From: Bigelowiella natans CCMP2755
Taxonomy: Eukaryota; Protista; Cercozoa
DNA: 53,808 bases
Assembly: GCA_000320545.1 (NCBI GenBank)
Contig: ADNK01000973.1
Coordinates: 1-53,808 of the forward strand
Direction of reading: 5' to 3'
The notes under the pieces are model-generated. The model did not search any database. It had not been told where the DNA came from and saw nothing but the letters and a program-made list of their open reading frames with translations. Of this stretch, positions 24,744 through 39,458 are shown piece after piece. Position 1 is the first letter of the stretch. Each line of letters begins with the position of its first letter. A program made the translations under genes and the position numbers.

Positions 24744-27491
24744 ATGGCTTCCAATTCAGAACGCGAGAAAACTCGCCAGGCACTCACACGGCATTCCATT
24801 GAAGACCTTCTCGACTGTTTTGTGAAGTGTCAAAATGCTCGACGGAGTAAACCTATGCGGTCCGTTCAAGATGCATGCAACAGGCTCTTTTCCCGAGATT
24901 ATGTTATAAAAACAATCAACAACACAGACGGGTCCTTTTGTTCTTCGTACCCGTTGGATCTTATCATTTTACAGAAACAAAAGAATGCCCCCTCGACTAT
25001 TCCAACGTTGAATCAGACGCAGGACCTCCGAGAACGCTTCCTACGTGGGCGATTCGCGCGAGTTCGGGGCAGATTTCCAATTCCAGTTATTCTGTGGAAC
25101 AATAAGAACATTTGTAGGTCATCGACAATATCTGTCCAGGTTTGTACTTTTTATTACTTGTAAAGCCAAAAATGTCGATGGAAGCAATATCATGATGGAT
25201 TTTATTTCAGGCCGAGGTTCTGTTAAACGTGTCCCGGGACCGTCTTCGGGATATACGCAAAAAGATTTTCACCGGCAAGGAGAGATCTGAGAAGGATAAA
25301 GATGATATATCTTACACTGTTGAAGCACAGAGAAAGTATGATACGGATATCTTGGAAAATTTGCAAGTCAAATATATTTGCGATTTGATGGTGGAGAAGC
25401 ATAAAATGAAGATGGGCGTTGTCGTTTGCTCTTCGTCCGAGAAGGCTGAGGGCAAGTTGTATGAGAGTTTTCATATTCAACCTATGCCTTACCCAGGCTG
25501 TGAATTCTTCCGAGATTTCAAAGAAAACAAGCACTGCGGAAGGGATTTACGGTTCAATTGGGATTGCGGATACATCGACGCCAAACTAGTAACTCCCCTT
25601 TCGAAGCAGCTTGACCTTGATTGGTCACAATACAAAAAATGGGACATTGTCGTTTTGACTCAAAACTACTTTCGATTGATTTTAGAATACATAAACGATA
25701 GATCGAATTCCAGTGGCTTGCTCGTACATTGCATATCAGGATGGGATCGGACGCCGCTCTTTATTTCATTGTTACGTCTGTCCCTCTGGGCTGACGGCGA
25801 AATACACCAGTCCCTCAGTGCAAATGAAATACTCTTCCTCACCTTAGGATACGACTGGATGTTATTCTCACACCTTCTTGACGACCGATTGGCGAAGGGC
25901 GAAGATATATTCTATTTCTGTTTCTACATGCTGCCTTTCATTTCGAAACAAGAATTCTCGATGATTCAAGGGCCCAGAAACCATTCGGAAAAGGATAGCA
26001 GACGGAAGAAGATGAGCGAAAGTAATAAGACCGATGATAGACAAAGAATAAGTGAGGTTACTCATAAAGTTAAATCGGAGTTGGAAGATGTTGACGAAAG
26101 ATGCTCCAAGATCATTAGAAAGGAGGAGTTTAATGATTTCTCCAAAATCACCGAGCGCAAAACCTCAGCTAACAGCCTTGGGCTGAACCTGCAGGAGCCT
26201 GCCAAATTGCATTCATTCGAGAAAAAGAGGGAAACAATAGTTCAGAAGGGATTCAGTATAAGTAAAAACCTTGAAGAAGAAGAAGAGTTCATGCTCAAAG
26301 GGGACCTCTGCAAAGGAAGTGTCTCAGGAGAGCCAAAGGCAAATACCTCTGCCCCCAAGGCATGTGATATAGCAGAAGGGGGGAGTAACGGTGTGGATAC
26401 CAAATCAAGCCCTCTTTTCGAAAGCGGCCTGCACTCTGACCTGAAAAGGGGCGCGGCAGCAACCGTAGCAGCAGAAGGGGGGAACATCATGAACGGAGGA
26501 ATCGAAAGAGGAGGCAGCGGGAGCAATCTCATTGCTCAGAGCGCCCTAGATAACAACGGCCATGGGAGCACAAGTAAGGGCTGTTCGTATTTCAGCATGG
26601 TTCTTGATGCCATTTATTGCACGCTAACTCTTTACCCATCTTTGTGCAGGTTATACGGAGGATAATTGCGGATCAGCATCTGAGGAAAAAACTCCGCTGC
26701 ACTCAACATCCAAGTCGATCAATATTGACAGTAGAATATCATCATCAGTGTCCCGTGGGAGATCAGAGCATGCTGATCATAAGGTACGACCACCTCTCCA
26801 TGTTTTGTAGTTTTAGTATTGTTTTTTTGGTAAATTGATAAGTAATATGCGTTTCATCATTCGTAAGGTCGCTGTTGGCAGTTGGCAAATGGTCAGCGCA
26901 GAACTACATTCAAACTCGCCTTCCTTATCTGAAAATAACCCGGTTTTTGGACTAAGAGCAACGCCGCCAAGGTTGACGCCGCCGAGACTCAAAGCAACGC
27001 CACCGATGTTAAGGAAAGTCGGAGTTATAGAGAAGGCAAAGTACGCGGGCGATTGTGATGATTTGAAGAATAGCCTTGACGCAAACAGTCTTGAGGACAA
27101 CACTCCTGAGGACCCTACACCAGCTTTTATCCATGGCTCTTTCAATGCGAAAATGTCCCCATCCTTTGCTGGTGTCGTCGAACGTGCTAGCAAGCATGAA
27201 GACAACACTCCTTGCGAAAAGGTGACGGAGAAAGGGGATGTTAGCAGTAATCATCAGAGAAAGCTAAAGTCGAGGTCTGCAGGCAAAGAAGAAGGCAGAC
27301 CAGCCCCACAGGATAGAGCTAGCAGTCAAAACGTGGAAGAAGATGATGGCAACACTACTGATAACATCCAAAGGTGCGCAGCAGAAGGGCAGAAAACTTT
27401 TGATGCCGCCGGTGTGAAAATCGAAGACGCTGAAAAGTTACGACGGAGAGCAGAAAGGTCGGAATCTTCATGGATAAACTTCTTTCTTCAG

Positions 27492-27547
<56 letters not shown>

Positions 27548-27699
27548 CATATACTAATATACATTTGTGATTTGACAGGTTGAACCGAGTCCATGATCTC
27601 TTCATGCACGCATATCGCGAGAGGATACTGGGAGACACTGCGAAATCCTTGACTCAGGAGGGGGGGATGTGGAGATGGTTGCCGATATATTCAAGATGA
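24744..27699 (+). CDS. MTMR14: Myotubularin-related protein 14-like phosphoinositide phosphatase
   Basis: FARVRGRFPIPVI, ICDLMVEKHKMKMG, PYPGCEFF, catalytic LVHCISGWDRTPLFISLLRLSLWADG, YDWMLFSHLL and GEDIFYFCF. Confidence 0.93.
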
Positions 27700-27899
27700 T
27701 CACCGACCGTCGAAAACGCACTGCGAGAAATACTACTGCAAATGCTGAGCAGTTCAGAATACATTCCTTGTAGGAAATGGGGATGTACTTCAGTGATGAA
27801 AGTCAATATGCCATGGACGACGCCACATTAAGAACGAACGAACGGACATATAGGTATTTCATCCAACACCATAAGACAATAAGAACTAATGTACAGAGG

Positions 27900-28440
27900 C
27901 ATAGCTAGACAACAGTATGACATTCTGCTACGACATCGTTGCAAGTAATAAGTAACAAGTAAATTTATCTCATGTAGTAGTAGTGGCTTGTGCGTACATG
28001 CATTTTTGTGCACACAGCAGCAGCAGGTAGAAGCGTTGCAGCGAGCAGGCTACTATCAGCATTGTAATGGGATTGTATGTTGCTTACTGCATGCCTAGAT
28101 GTAGCTCGACTACGCACTTCGTTGTTCATTGTGTCTACTAGCTCAGCATGCATATTACATCGCGTCGATCGGCAGCGCGGACGTAGCTAGATGTACGTCC
28201 AACTAGCTAGCTAGCTAAAGGCTCATCACTGTGAGCAGCAGCGATGTCCGCACATCGTCTAGATGTGGTGCTATGTGTAGTGCTAGCTAGCTTTAGCTAG
28301 AGTGTCTACGTAGCTAGCAGCCTTCGTGCACGAGCAAATGTTTCAGTTTTTATCTCTCTAACACACGCATCATGCACGACTGCTACAGACTACTGCATCC
28401 CACGATACTGAGGCAAAAACTTTTGGACGTAGCGTAGGCA
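27900..28440. other. CTAG/AGCT-rich island between convergent genes
   Basis: 28181-28320 has 17 TpA: 9 CTAG, 7 half-sites (CTAN or NTAG) and 1 other. Confidence 0.7.
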
Positions 28441-28516
28441 TCAGGGGCTTGCTTTCTAGAATAATGATACCGTCTGCCTTAATCTTCTCGCCTAGACCGT
28501 GTCACCGACTCCTAAA

Positions 28517-31500
28517 CTACGTTGTTTTGTTGATGGGAGTCGCATTGACAAAAATGACTCCAAGATCGTTTGCATCGTAAATAAACTTCGAGTATCGAGT
28601 TGAATACCTAACAATTGAGTCAGAGTGAATCAAACAAACAACTGCTGCTGGTGGAACGACAACTTGACTTCATTATAATTTAATCACTGACAATTGGACG
28701 AGAGGTAGAGGGATCGCTCCGCTTTGGCACGCCGTTATAGTGTACTCAAGCACATGCACTCCCTTTGGCGGCGTGTAGAACGAAAAACTGGTTGGTCCTG
28801 CCACCGTGAGGGCTTCTTTGTTCGCCGGAGGGTCAATAGACAACTGTTGTTGCATTACACAACGCATGAAAAAAAGAAAGAGAGATCAGCATCTCAATAC
28901 TAAATTTCTCATATATATTTTCATATGTATTATATTTTCAAATTTAGTTTCTGTGCCAGGCTTGTGTTCACTCGATTGTGAAAGCATCGCTGTGAGATGC
29001 AAGAATGTGTATGCGGGAGGGGGGGGGAAATCGAGATCTATGATATTTCTAAACTCACCTCAATTCTCTGTGGCACAGGACTAGAACTTTGAATAGTCAA
29101 CACCATTCGCACCTGCGAGATGAGATGATTCAGTGGGCTAGATTGTGACCCAAACCCCCCCCCCCGTGAAAATTCACTTACAGTGTCCAACAAATTACAG
29201 CGCTTTGGCACATCTACGGTGACTCTAAACAAGGGCTCCGCAACTCGGAAGGAAGGCAGCAGAATGCGGGAAACGTTCCAGATGTTCTTTTGCTCGTGAG
29301 TGCTCTGACGACGCCACTTTATCTGAAGAACCCCCCCTAAAATCACGAAGAAAAACGCAAAAATGCACATGTGTGCGTACGCAAAAATTACAACGTGTTT
29401 CTTTCTACCACAAGAAGCATCCGATGGCCACTACATGATATGATGAGTACTACCCGTACAATCCTCCTCGTCCTTGACTCGCATCGCAAATGAGCTTGTA
29501 ATCTTTTCTCTCGAGCCCAATTGCCCTCCGCATGAGGTCTCACCACCACCACCACCACCACCACCCCTATCCCCCTTGTTATCATCATCAACAGGGAAAT
29601 AGTCGGTCATATTCGAGGTGGATGAAACACGCGTCTTGTTCTTAGAGAAATCCGGTGTTATCGACTCGATCATCAAGTTGTGCTGCGAGAGATAGATAGA
29701 TCACACACAACCACATCACCATCATCATCATCATCGTCATCATCGTTATTGTTGTTGGAAAAGGCTGCTGGAAACTCTCTCACTCACTCACCCACCGGAG
29801 AGACATTCTCCACGTTGCAATGCAAGATGAACGGTAGGCCATAGGCCACACTACTGCGCGACGGCAATGGCGACCGAGAGGCCTGCTGCTTGGTGGAGAT
29901 CTTAGGCGTCATGAGAGGGAAGATACGGCTAGTGGCTGTGAAAGCACGGACGAATGATATGCTCACGCCAGCGCTCGAAGCAACAAGGGGTATTTCTTGC
30001 TCGTCGACGTACTTGAAGCGCGCGGTCATTTTAAATCTGGCTACGACGTCATCCGCACTGAAATCAAGCTTGACTTTGAGTGGCGCGTCCTCTACATTCT
30101 CTGTTCCCCGTATCACGAGCACATCGCCAGCAGTACCATCATCATCGTCGTCGGCGTTCTCATTGCCCCCACTCTTCTTCACGAGAGAACCGCCGGACAG
30201 AATGGTTTTGGTGACTTGCAAGCCGTTCTTCTTGCACATCTCTTTGAGCTCCTGCGGGCGCTGCTCCCCCTTATCTCCGGCTGAGGGTGGACAGATACAT
30301 AACAAGCAGAGTTCTTTGATCATTCATCGAATCGACGTTGTTGTTGAACCATATGATGCGTTACAGAAAAACATGTGATGCAGTTTTGGTTGCCGGTGGA
30401 GGTGTCGTTATCGTCGTCGTCGTCGTCGTGGTCTGAAACAAAACTACCGCATTCACATGCCCACAATCGTACAACGCGCACACATAGATAACACAGTAAA
30501 GCGAAGAAACAATACGCTAGTGATGATGGTGACGATGTTGTCGTTGTTGTTGTTGATGATGATAATGGTGGTGGTGGTGGTGGTGGTGCGATTGACAGAC
30601 AGGTCGGGAGAGCCTCGAAATGCAGCCTGCCCTCTCCCCCGCCGGGGACAGTGTGCATGCCGTCGATGAGAAGAGTCAAGCTGAGTCGTTCTCCTATGAT
30701 TCCAGGGGGCTGATAGTCGGCCACTGACAACGTCACCTTTGGCTTCGGTATCGAGATCTCCACAACGGGAAAACAACCAACACCATCACTCACCGCTGCT
30801 GCTGTGGAACAATCGCAACGAAGGACAATGGGTGCAGATTGAGTAGCAGTAGTAGGAGAAGAAGAAGCAGCAGCAGCAGCGGCAGCAGCAGCAGCAGCAG
30901 CTGGTTGGCCACCCTTGGCCTCGGCCTCGGCGTGGTGCTCCGGTATAGCTGCTGCGGTTGCCTTGGCGTCCTTCGATTCTCTGGGTAGTGTTTCTTTGTG
31001 AGTGATAAGTGCTAATCGTCGAACATATCGAGCTGTTATTTTTTTTAATGCTGTGTGCTAGTAGCTTCCACTCACAGTCTCTCTCTCTCTCTCTCTGCGC
31101 GCGCGTGTGTGTTTGAACGTGTAAACAGACATCTCCGGTGTTGGCGTATGATGCAAGCAGACGAAGGCTCGAGATCCCCTCACACGACGTCTAGGAAGGA
31201 CCGATTCGCCCTGCGCAAGGAAAGGATTCGACGACATACACGCGACGATGACGATGATGATGATGATGAGCACAAATCGGTTCTTTTGCAATGCAAATGG
31301 CAAACTGCTAAGTTGAGAAATATGGTGAGAAAATATAGACCATGATCAAAGAACTCCCACCACCACCACTACCACCACCTGCTGCTGCTGTCGAGACTCG
31401 TCTGATGGATGCGGAAGTTTGATGTCGGCTTCTATTATCGTCTTTCCGTAGTTCTTTATGTTGCAATTCAACCAAACACGATAAGGATGATGATGATGAT

Positions 31501-31583
31501 GATGATGATGGTTTTAAGCGAGTCAGATCTTGATCAAATTCACACAGATGTATACATTTTTTTATGCGAATAGGACAGGGTGG

Positions 31584-31630
<47 letters not shown>

Positions 31631-34600
31631 GCGAGACGCAAATACAAAATGGTGGTTTTCGTAGTACTGGCAATTACTTTAATAATGGTGTCCGACACGT
31701 ATACAAGATGTGCTTCTTTGCTTGTCATGCCAGCAGCTGCCAATTTTGAAGGATCTTCCATCGCGTCAGCATTGTTTTCTTTGCTGGACTGTGGGAGGAT
31801 GAGAAGGGGGGGGCACCCTCCCTCGAATTCCACCACTACCATGTCCGTTTGCATGCCGATTGGAAACTACGATGATGATGATGATAAAATGGTGACAGAA
31901 CGCTTATCCGCGCATCATTCACCCAAGGTTAGCACCAAAAGAAATATGGAAGATCATAGGGCACATGCCTATGCGTATTCGTCAGGGAGGGGGGGGGAAG
32001 GGGCATGCAGAGCACTGACTACCATAGAGTCTATCGTCACACGCACTCTCACGCTATCAATTGCGACTAACTTGGACCGGAAACCTTCTGATGATGATGA
32101 TGATGATGATGATGATGACGATACGAAAATGGCATTGCTGCTTCTACGTGAGCATGGCTGCTGCTAGCCCTCCTCTCCACCTACACCAACACAGACACCC
32201 ACCACACTGGGGAGGTTCCTTCCAGGGAAAAGAAGATCGAAAAAGCAACATACCTGCGGAGATGATGCCTCCTTTTGCCTTTGGCCCTTGCCCCTTCATG
32301 TCGTCTCCCTCTCCTTTCTCGGCGGTCTCTCCACCACCCCCCCCCTCTTCCACCCTCTTCGCTGCTGGCACTTCCAAGAAGGAGACTTGCACCGTGAGCA
32401 GCCCTGAAGCTCCGGAAATGGTGAAAACCTGCTCTTTGGCCAATTTGCTAATATCAAGACCAACAAAACAACCCGATCGCCCCATTCCAGCAGCACTATC
32501 AACGGTGCGATGATATGGTAGGTAAGCGCACGAGGGGGGGGGGGGGACATTCAAGGAGAGAGCCTTCAGGTCGCGGGCGAGGGCAGTTTTTCGCTCGTTT
32601 GAAAGGCGTAGGTTGGGCGCTAGCAGCTCAAGTGTGTATGCGACACTGTCGTAACGGACTCCCAGGCTGATGGAAGGTTAAGAAACGATGACAAACACAC
32701 CAAAGTGTTCCTAAGTCAGTATCGGAAAGAACAGCAATCCAGAGAACCCCACCCCCCCCCCGCTTCCTCCGCTCAGCATGTGGATGCTAACACAACCGAT
32801 AGGTACTCGCACGCCATGTGATATGCAACGTGCAAGATCATGCGCGTGCAGCGATGACGCTTGAAATTCTCGTAAGCACGGGTCAGCAGCACCAACACGC
32901 CCTCAGAGTGTTCCTAACCACCACCAGCCATCAGATCTTGAAATATTCAAAAAAATCTCTTTGTAATCCGAATTACGGCGGCCTTTACGCCTCAGCAACA
33001 TCGACCCCCCTCCCCCCGGCAGTGAGAAATTCGCATTGTTACAGGAGTATAAGTAGGCATAGCAGCAGCAGCAGCAGCAGGTAGAGGGGACTCAGATATT
33101 CTCAACTCCTCACAGCAGCAGCAGCAGCAGCAGCAGAAGAAGCAGTAAGTAAGTATGCCACCACCACTGCTGATGCTGCTGCTCGGCTTGCACCTATATT
33201 TCTTCATCACTGTCCCCATTATGATGACTGCTGCTGCTACTACTACTACGACGACTCCTACTAACATTATTACGATTACTACAACGCGTGCCGCATGAAG
33301 CACACGCCCTTCCCAAGCATATAGTGTATAGCGTATTGTTAGGTCGGACGCTGCTTGGTCTCGACTACGAGAGGAATGCATGCAGCATCAATCATGAGGA
33401 CAGACAGAAAGACGACGGCTGCAAAGGGTGATGAGTGAGCATGATGGAGATTCTACGACTACAACTACTACTGCTACTACTACTACTGACGTGCTTTGCT
33501 TCTGAGAGGAGAATCCTTTGCAAGACCACATGCTTGTGGATCTGATTGTTGCCCACGGCTGCTTGGCTATACGTCTGTGACGATTCGTCAGCAAACACGC
33601 ACACACATAACACACACACACACAAGAACCCACTCTTAATACTGAACGCATTGTGTTAGAAGCTGATTAGCCAGTGTGCGTGTGTTAATATTCCTACGTG
33701 CCGTTTTGCCTCTGTGAGAAATTGTGTGTGTGTGGGTGTGTGTGTGTTATCCATATTACGTGCTCTGCCTCTGTGAGAATTTGACCAAGATACTCAGGGT
33801 TCGGAACGTTTGTGGATGGCTGCAACTGCGGAGCGACGATGACGGAATGACGCAATACACGAAGAACGACGAATTGTAAAGTGAATTATGAGAGCGATTT
33901 CACACAACTTGCACCCCCCCCCCCCCCACCCCTCCTTAACATCCAAGTATCTAGTTAAACTCAGAAGTCTACTTGTCCAGGTAGAGCAGCTATGATCCAA
34001 CGTTCATTCACTATATCCCCACCACCATCATCATCATCATCATCATCATCAATAATCAGCATCGTCATCATCAGTAGCAGCACCTCTCAAATACTCCTAC
34101 TACTACTACGACTACCGCAACCACCACTATACCTTTGCCATGCCAGTGGCTTCCAAAGCATGCTGTGCTGACTCTTTCCGTTTCAAGGCGTATTCAGCTG
34201 CGGACTAGGGAAGAGGGAGAGAGATGTACATTACACAAATCAGTGAGTGTATGTTGCGAAAGAACGCTGCTTTCTCTGTGTGAGCCTATACCATAATCAC
34301 TTAGTACGTGCGTGTGTGTGTGTGCGTGTGTGTGTGTGTGTGTGTGCATGCTGCCAACACTTATATGATAGAGATAGATGAATGCGGGAGAGTAACAATA
34401 CCTGATAAAAATATCCTGAATTTTGCATTTTTGAGGAATGGCGCTGGGCAGATGGGGCTTCCTCCCAAAACTCGCCAAAGGTCCGGTACTAATTGGGAGG
34501 GGGGGGGGGGTGGTTCATAAGTTCTCATATATTCCTCACCACTTGAAAAAAGGAAAAGAAGGAACAGAATAACTAGATTTTTGCTCATTGTTGACTATTT

Positions 34601-35565
34601 CCGTTTGCTTGTTCTTCTTCTTGTTCTTCTCTTGAAGGCAACGAGCGACGACCTGATTAGACATCCATGCGTGGTGGTGGAACGCTAGGGAAGGGATGCC
34701 AAGAAGCGACTGGAACGTCTTCACATGCTGACGAAATTGACTAAGAGCGTCTGATACGCGGTTCCTGAAGAATAGCACGAAGAAGAAGAGGGTGATGATG
34801 ATGATGATGATGATGAACATTGACAAGGAAGGGCAGTCAGCTTCACAGGAGAGGGCTCGAATGTGCCCCCCTCCTCTTCCCCTCTCACCCTGCCTCACCC
34901 TCCCCTTTTTTTCCCTCTCCTATCAGATAAAATTACATGTGTAGCAGCAAATAGACGATCTTGAAGACGATGACTTCCGCAACAGCCTTTACCTAAACAA
35001 TATGTGTCCCCCATAGCTCACATACGGTCTATTGCGATTTATGTAATCTCTCTCTCTCTCCTCCTCCCTCCCCCCCCCCCCCCTTAAATTTAGCTGCTAC
35101 TTCGTTACAATACGTAGCAGCGAGAGCAAGTACGTTTTCGTCATCAATCATCGTGATCATCCTATCTGAGAGTACTACCTCAATCACAGCTTCGGAGTCG
35201 TGTGCTACCTGTTCAAATCCCATGGATGAAAACAGGGACAAGTACAAACACCACGCAAAGGAACGACATTGTCCCCACATCAAAACGGACACACGCGTTG
35301 CCGCCTTCCAATGCGCCATACTTAGTTTCCAGCGAATCGTCACCACGAAGATATAATACAAATATATAACATATATAGGCTGATATAATATGATATGCCT
35401 TTATTATTTTGTGACGTCGTCGTTCATTTATGCTTCCCCCCTCCTACTATTCTTCTTCTTCTTCTTCTTCTTCTTCTTCTTCTTCTTCAAACAGCCACCT
35501 TTATCTGAGCTAGGTAATTGTACGCCGACTTATAGTGGGAAAGGGCCAGTATCCTGAGGTGTATA

Positions 35566-35603
<38 letters not shown>

Positions 35604-35961
35604 AGTAATAACGAATAGACAAACAGCAACAGCAGTCTGCTCCTAACTTACTACTCTACACAGATCGCCGTTTAGGTATGCGTTATTGTGACATGCATGG
35701 ATGGATGCAAAGAACGCCACTCACTGGTCGTTATAAAGCTCCGCGTAGAACCCCATCTTGAAGTGACACCGAACCTGTATTGACGACGTGGCGATGATGC
35801 GGTGAAGGGGGGGGGGGGGACATGAAATCAAATGGATGGTTTCAGGATGAGAAGAAAATGAAAAATCAAGGAAAACGAGCGAGAAGGAAATGTTGTATGG
35901 AACATGTGCCGCATCGTCGCCAAACTATTCGCAGTTATCTTTATTACTATTGTTACCACTG

Positions 35962-35995
<34 letters not shown>

Positions 35996-36319
35996 CTGAA
36001 GTTTCTTCACTGTCCGTGGAACCCTATCCCTCGTACGTTTCACCTTCTTGTAGATCTGCCCACAACCAAGAACATCGCTCAATTCACATGTCTCTCTTAA
36101 ATCAATTTCCTGGCCTCCCCAACCGCAAACAGCAGCAGCAGCACCCGCAACGGCATTACCTCTCTATACTTCTTGCATGCGACGATGTGAAGGTGCTCCT
36201 CGAGGCTGGCGGACAAGAACAGCACACACACGCGTTTGAGTATCATGAACACATACATCGGAGCAGTCGATGCTGCCCCCGTATGCGAAATTGGATGGAG
36301 CTCTAGCCAAATGAGCGGG

Positions 36320-36360
<41 letters not shown>

Positions 36361-36654
36361 TGCCGTTCTAAGAATGGATCTCGTGGGAATGTTCGGTGCA
36401 ACAACACTAGCACCGTTTGAGGGAGGCTTTAAGGTCGACGGTTGTCAGAAGCAAGATGTTCCTCGATGAGATGGACACTTCGTTTCCTATAGATCGGAGC
36501 TTCTCATCAAGCCCGCTTTCATCTGTGTTAACCACCACCGCAAAAGCATGTCCACATGAATTAGCAGGGAGAACAGCGTTCTAAGGAGGGCGCAAGGTGT
36601 TTGGGATAGAGCTGTTTCGGGTAGTTCAGTGAAATAGGCAAGTTCGAATGAATG

Positions 36655-36702
<48 letters not shown>

Positions 36703-37784
36703 TTTCGCGCGTGCGTGTTAGATTAGTATACCTTGGAGCGCGTTCCGATGACGCACGATGACAACTACAATCTCGACGTTTCGACCATATATTTTCCTCC
36801 TATTGTCATCGTGCATGGTGGTGCAATTGGCCAAAGGCAGTATTATTATTACTACACGGGATTATCCGTACTATTATTTAACTATCATTATGATGACCTG
36901 AAATTTGAAACTATGCTGGCCATAAGCGAAGCTTGGGAGTGCCAGTCCTTGCCTTCGTCCCTATTTGATGATGGCAAATCTAGTTATAATTTGACGTGAA
37001 AGAGGAGGGGTGCTGGCGATTGCTGCTGAATGAAGTCGTCTCGAAGAATGACAAGAGAAAACTCTGCACTACTACCATTCATACAGCACGGTTGCTACTG
37101 CCGGTATCACTGTTCGGTGCTTTTCTACCCAATTCGACTTGAGAATACCTGAAAGGAAGAATGTGAGTATCTGACCTTTCCAATCACAGTTTTCTTCTTT
37201 TTGTTTTTCATATGGTAGGAAGAACGAGCACGACGCTGCGACCAACTAACCTTTTGGCTTGAACGAATCCCAGTCTTTGATCTCAGGCTTTCTTTTAGGT
37301 TTCGGGAAGTCCTCATGTAATTCCCGGCTGACCAATCGAAGTCTCTTCACCTGTCAGCAGCAGCAAAGATTCATACTAATATGCACGCCGCAACGACAAC
37401 TGATTTTGTTTCATACAATGCGTCCATTGATACGAAATTTGGATCAGGTGCCATGCATACACCGAGCAATCCCTACATAGACGATCCCCCCCCCCCCCCA
37501 CACACACACACACCGAAAGCGGGTAAATCATGATCTTTGTACAATTCTTCAAGCTGTTCGCAGTGGGAACATTAACTTACATTCGGCATGTTATTGATGA
37601 TTGCAGGATGGATTTCCTTCACGCCAACCAGGGCGCACAAGGGCACTGGTGGATGCAGAAGCCTAGACCGGAAAAATAGGAAGACGAAGAAGAATTAAGG
37701 GTATGTGCCGGGGAGGGAGGGGAGGGGAGGGGCGACGCGGGGCGACGCGGGGCGGGGCGGGGCGGGGCGATACCTATCCGCCAT
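28517..37784 (-). CDS. TRAPPC11: Trafficking protein particle complex subunit 11 (foie gras/gryzun), many exons
   Basis: MADR|LLHPPVPLCALVG, DWDSFKPK|GILKSNWVEKHRTVIPAVATVLYEW, VRCHFKMGFYAEL, AEVIVFKIVYLLL, DALSQFRQHV...AFHHHAWMSNQ, and C-terminal LTVAGPTSFSF...YTITACQSGAIPLPLVQL...IFV. Confidence 0.9.
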
Positions 37785-38194
37785 TGTGTGCCCCTTTATC
37801 TTGGACTGGATTCGAGCTCAAATTTCGGTCCTCCCTCCCCCTTTCTGCTCTCCTCCTTCCTCTTCTTCGTTCTTCTTCTGGCAAATCAGAGGGGGGATGA
37901 TGTGCGATAGATGAGTCGTCGGACTTCCGCATGCAACTTTCTTTCTTGGAAGGCAGGGCGTCTTCCGCATTCTGCCTCCAAAATCCATGTCGCGTCTATA
38001 TTTACGCATTGATTTAGGACTAATAATTCAACTTACGTGGCCCAACTGCTAGCTGAAGAATCGCGTATCTGCGTCCTACTGGCTTCCTGCATCGTCCTCC
38101 CTCCTTCGAGCGGTACCCTCCTACCAAGCGGTGCCTCTCTGACGGAGATTCGACATTCATAGATGAATATCTTGACTTAGGTCAGGAAGGCGCA

Positions 38195-39149
38195 ATGCCA
38201 TCGCGAAACACTGGGGCTGGGTGGACAAGGTGATCCCTCAGAGTTGATACTAGATTTGTCGATCAACGTTTTGCCCGCACATGCTGCTAGAAGCAGGTTC
38301 AGGGCTGGTGCTGGGAAAGATCCGTGCTTGTTTTGCGCAGGATGCACGTTCGGGTTCATCCTGTCGACGATGTTCATGAGCGGTGAGAGACACCACGCCA
38401 GCAGATGATCAGTGCTATCACCAACTTCCATCTCCTCATTGTTGTCATTTACCTAGGCTTGCTCATGTATATGATCCCGGTGCCCTCAATCTCTGGACAT
38501 ATGAGCGGCACGGATACCCCTCGCAGCAGCATCGCGCAGCAGTCGCCCGTTGCTGCTCCATCGCTGCCGTTGCAGGCTCTGGTAGCTTTGTAGACAGATA
38601 AAGGGAATTCATTTGCAATCTGTTGGCGGGGGTTGATCCAATCGATATGCGCTGCTAATATCGTAGATACCTTAGACGTTTGAGGATTTTTATACATAAA
38701 TATCGTGCGTTTCACAGAAACCTGCGGTGGGAGAAAAGGCTGGGCCTTCTTCAGTCATAAAGTATCCCTCATCTCCGCAGGTATTAATTTATTTTAGTGG
38801 TAAGTTACAGGCGAGAACGCACCTCTCCCTTCCCCATCTCTCGGTTGAAGAAAACGGGGCACCAAAAATTAACCCTTTTTCTTCCGATAGAAACCAGCAG
38901 CGGCTGCTACTGTAACTACTGGCAGCGCGGACGGGGCATGCTTTGAAAGCGAGATGGACTATTATGGAAACGATCTCGAGGGTGGACATGAGGCCAAGAC
39001 ACCCGAGGAGTGCCAGGAACAATGCATAAATGTGGACAAGTGTAACTACTTTACATACGAGGTTGATGATCGAATTTGCCACGAAATCTAACTGCCTCTG
39101 AATCTAAATTTCTCTCTCTTCTCTGAAAAAAAAAATATATATATTTGTA

Positions 39150-39228
<79 letters not shown>

Positions 39229-39405
39229 CGTGGAATTTTAATATTATTTATCGTTGTTTTCATTAGGTTGAGAGAGGCATGTGCTGGTTGAAGAATACCA
39301 AGATTGGCCGCAGGTATTACTGTTAATGCTACTCCTCCTCCTCCTCCTCCTCCTCCTCCTCCTCCTACTACTACTACAACTACTACTACCACCATATTTC
39401 TTACA

Positions 39406-39458
<53 letters not shown>

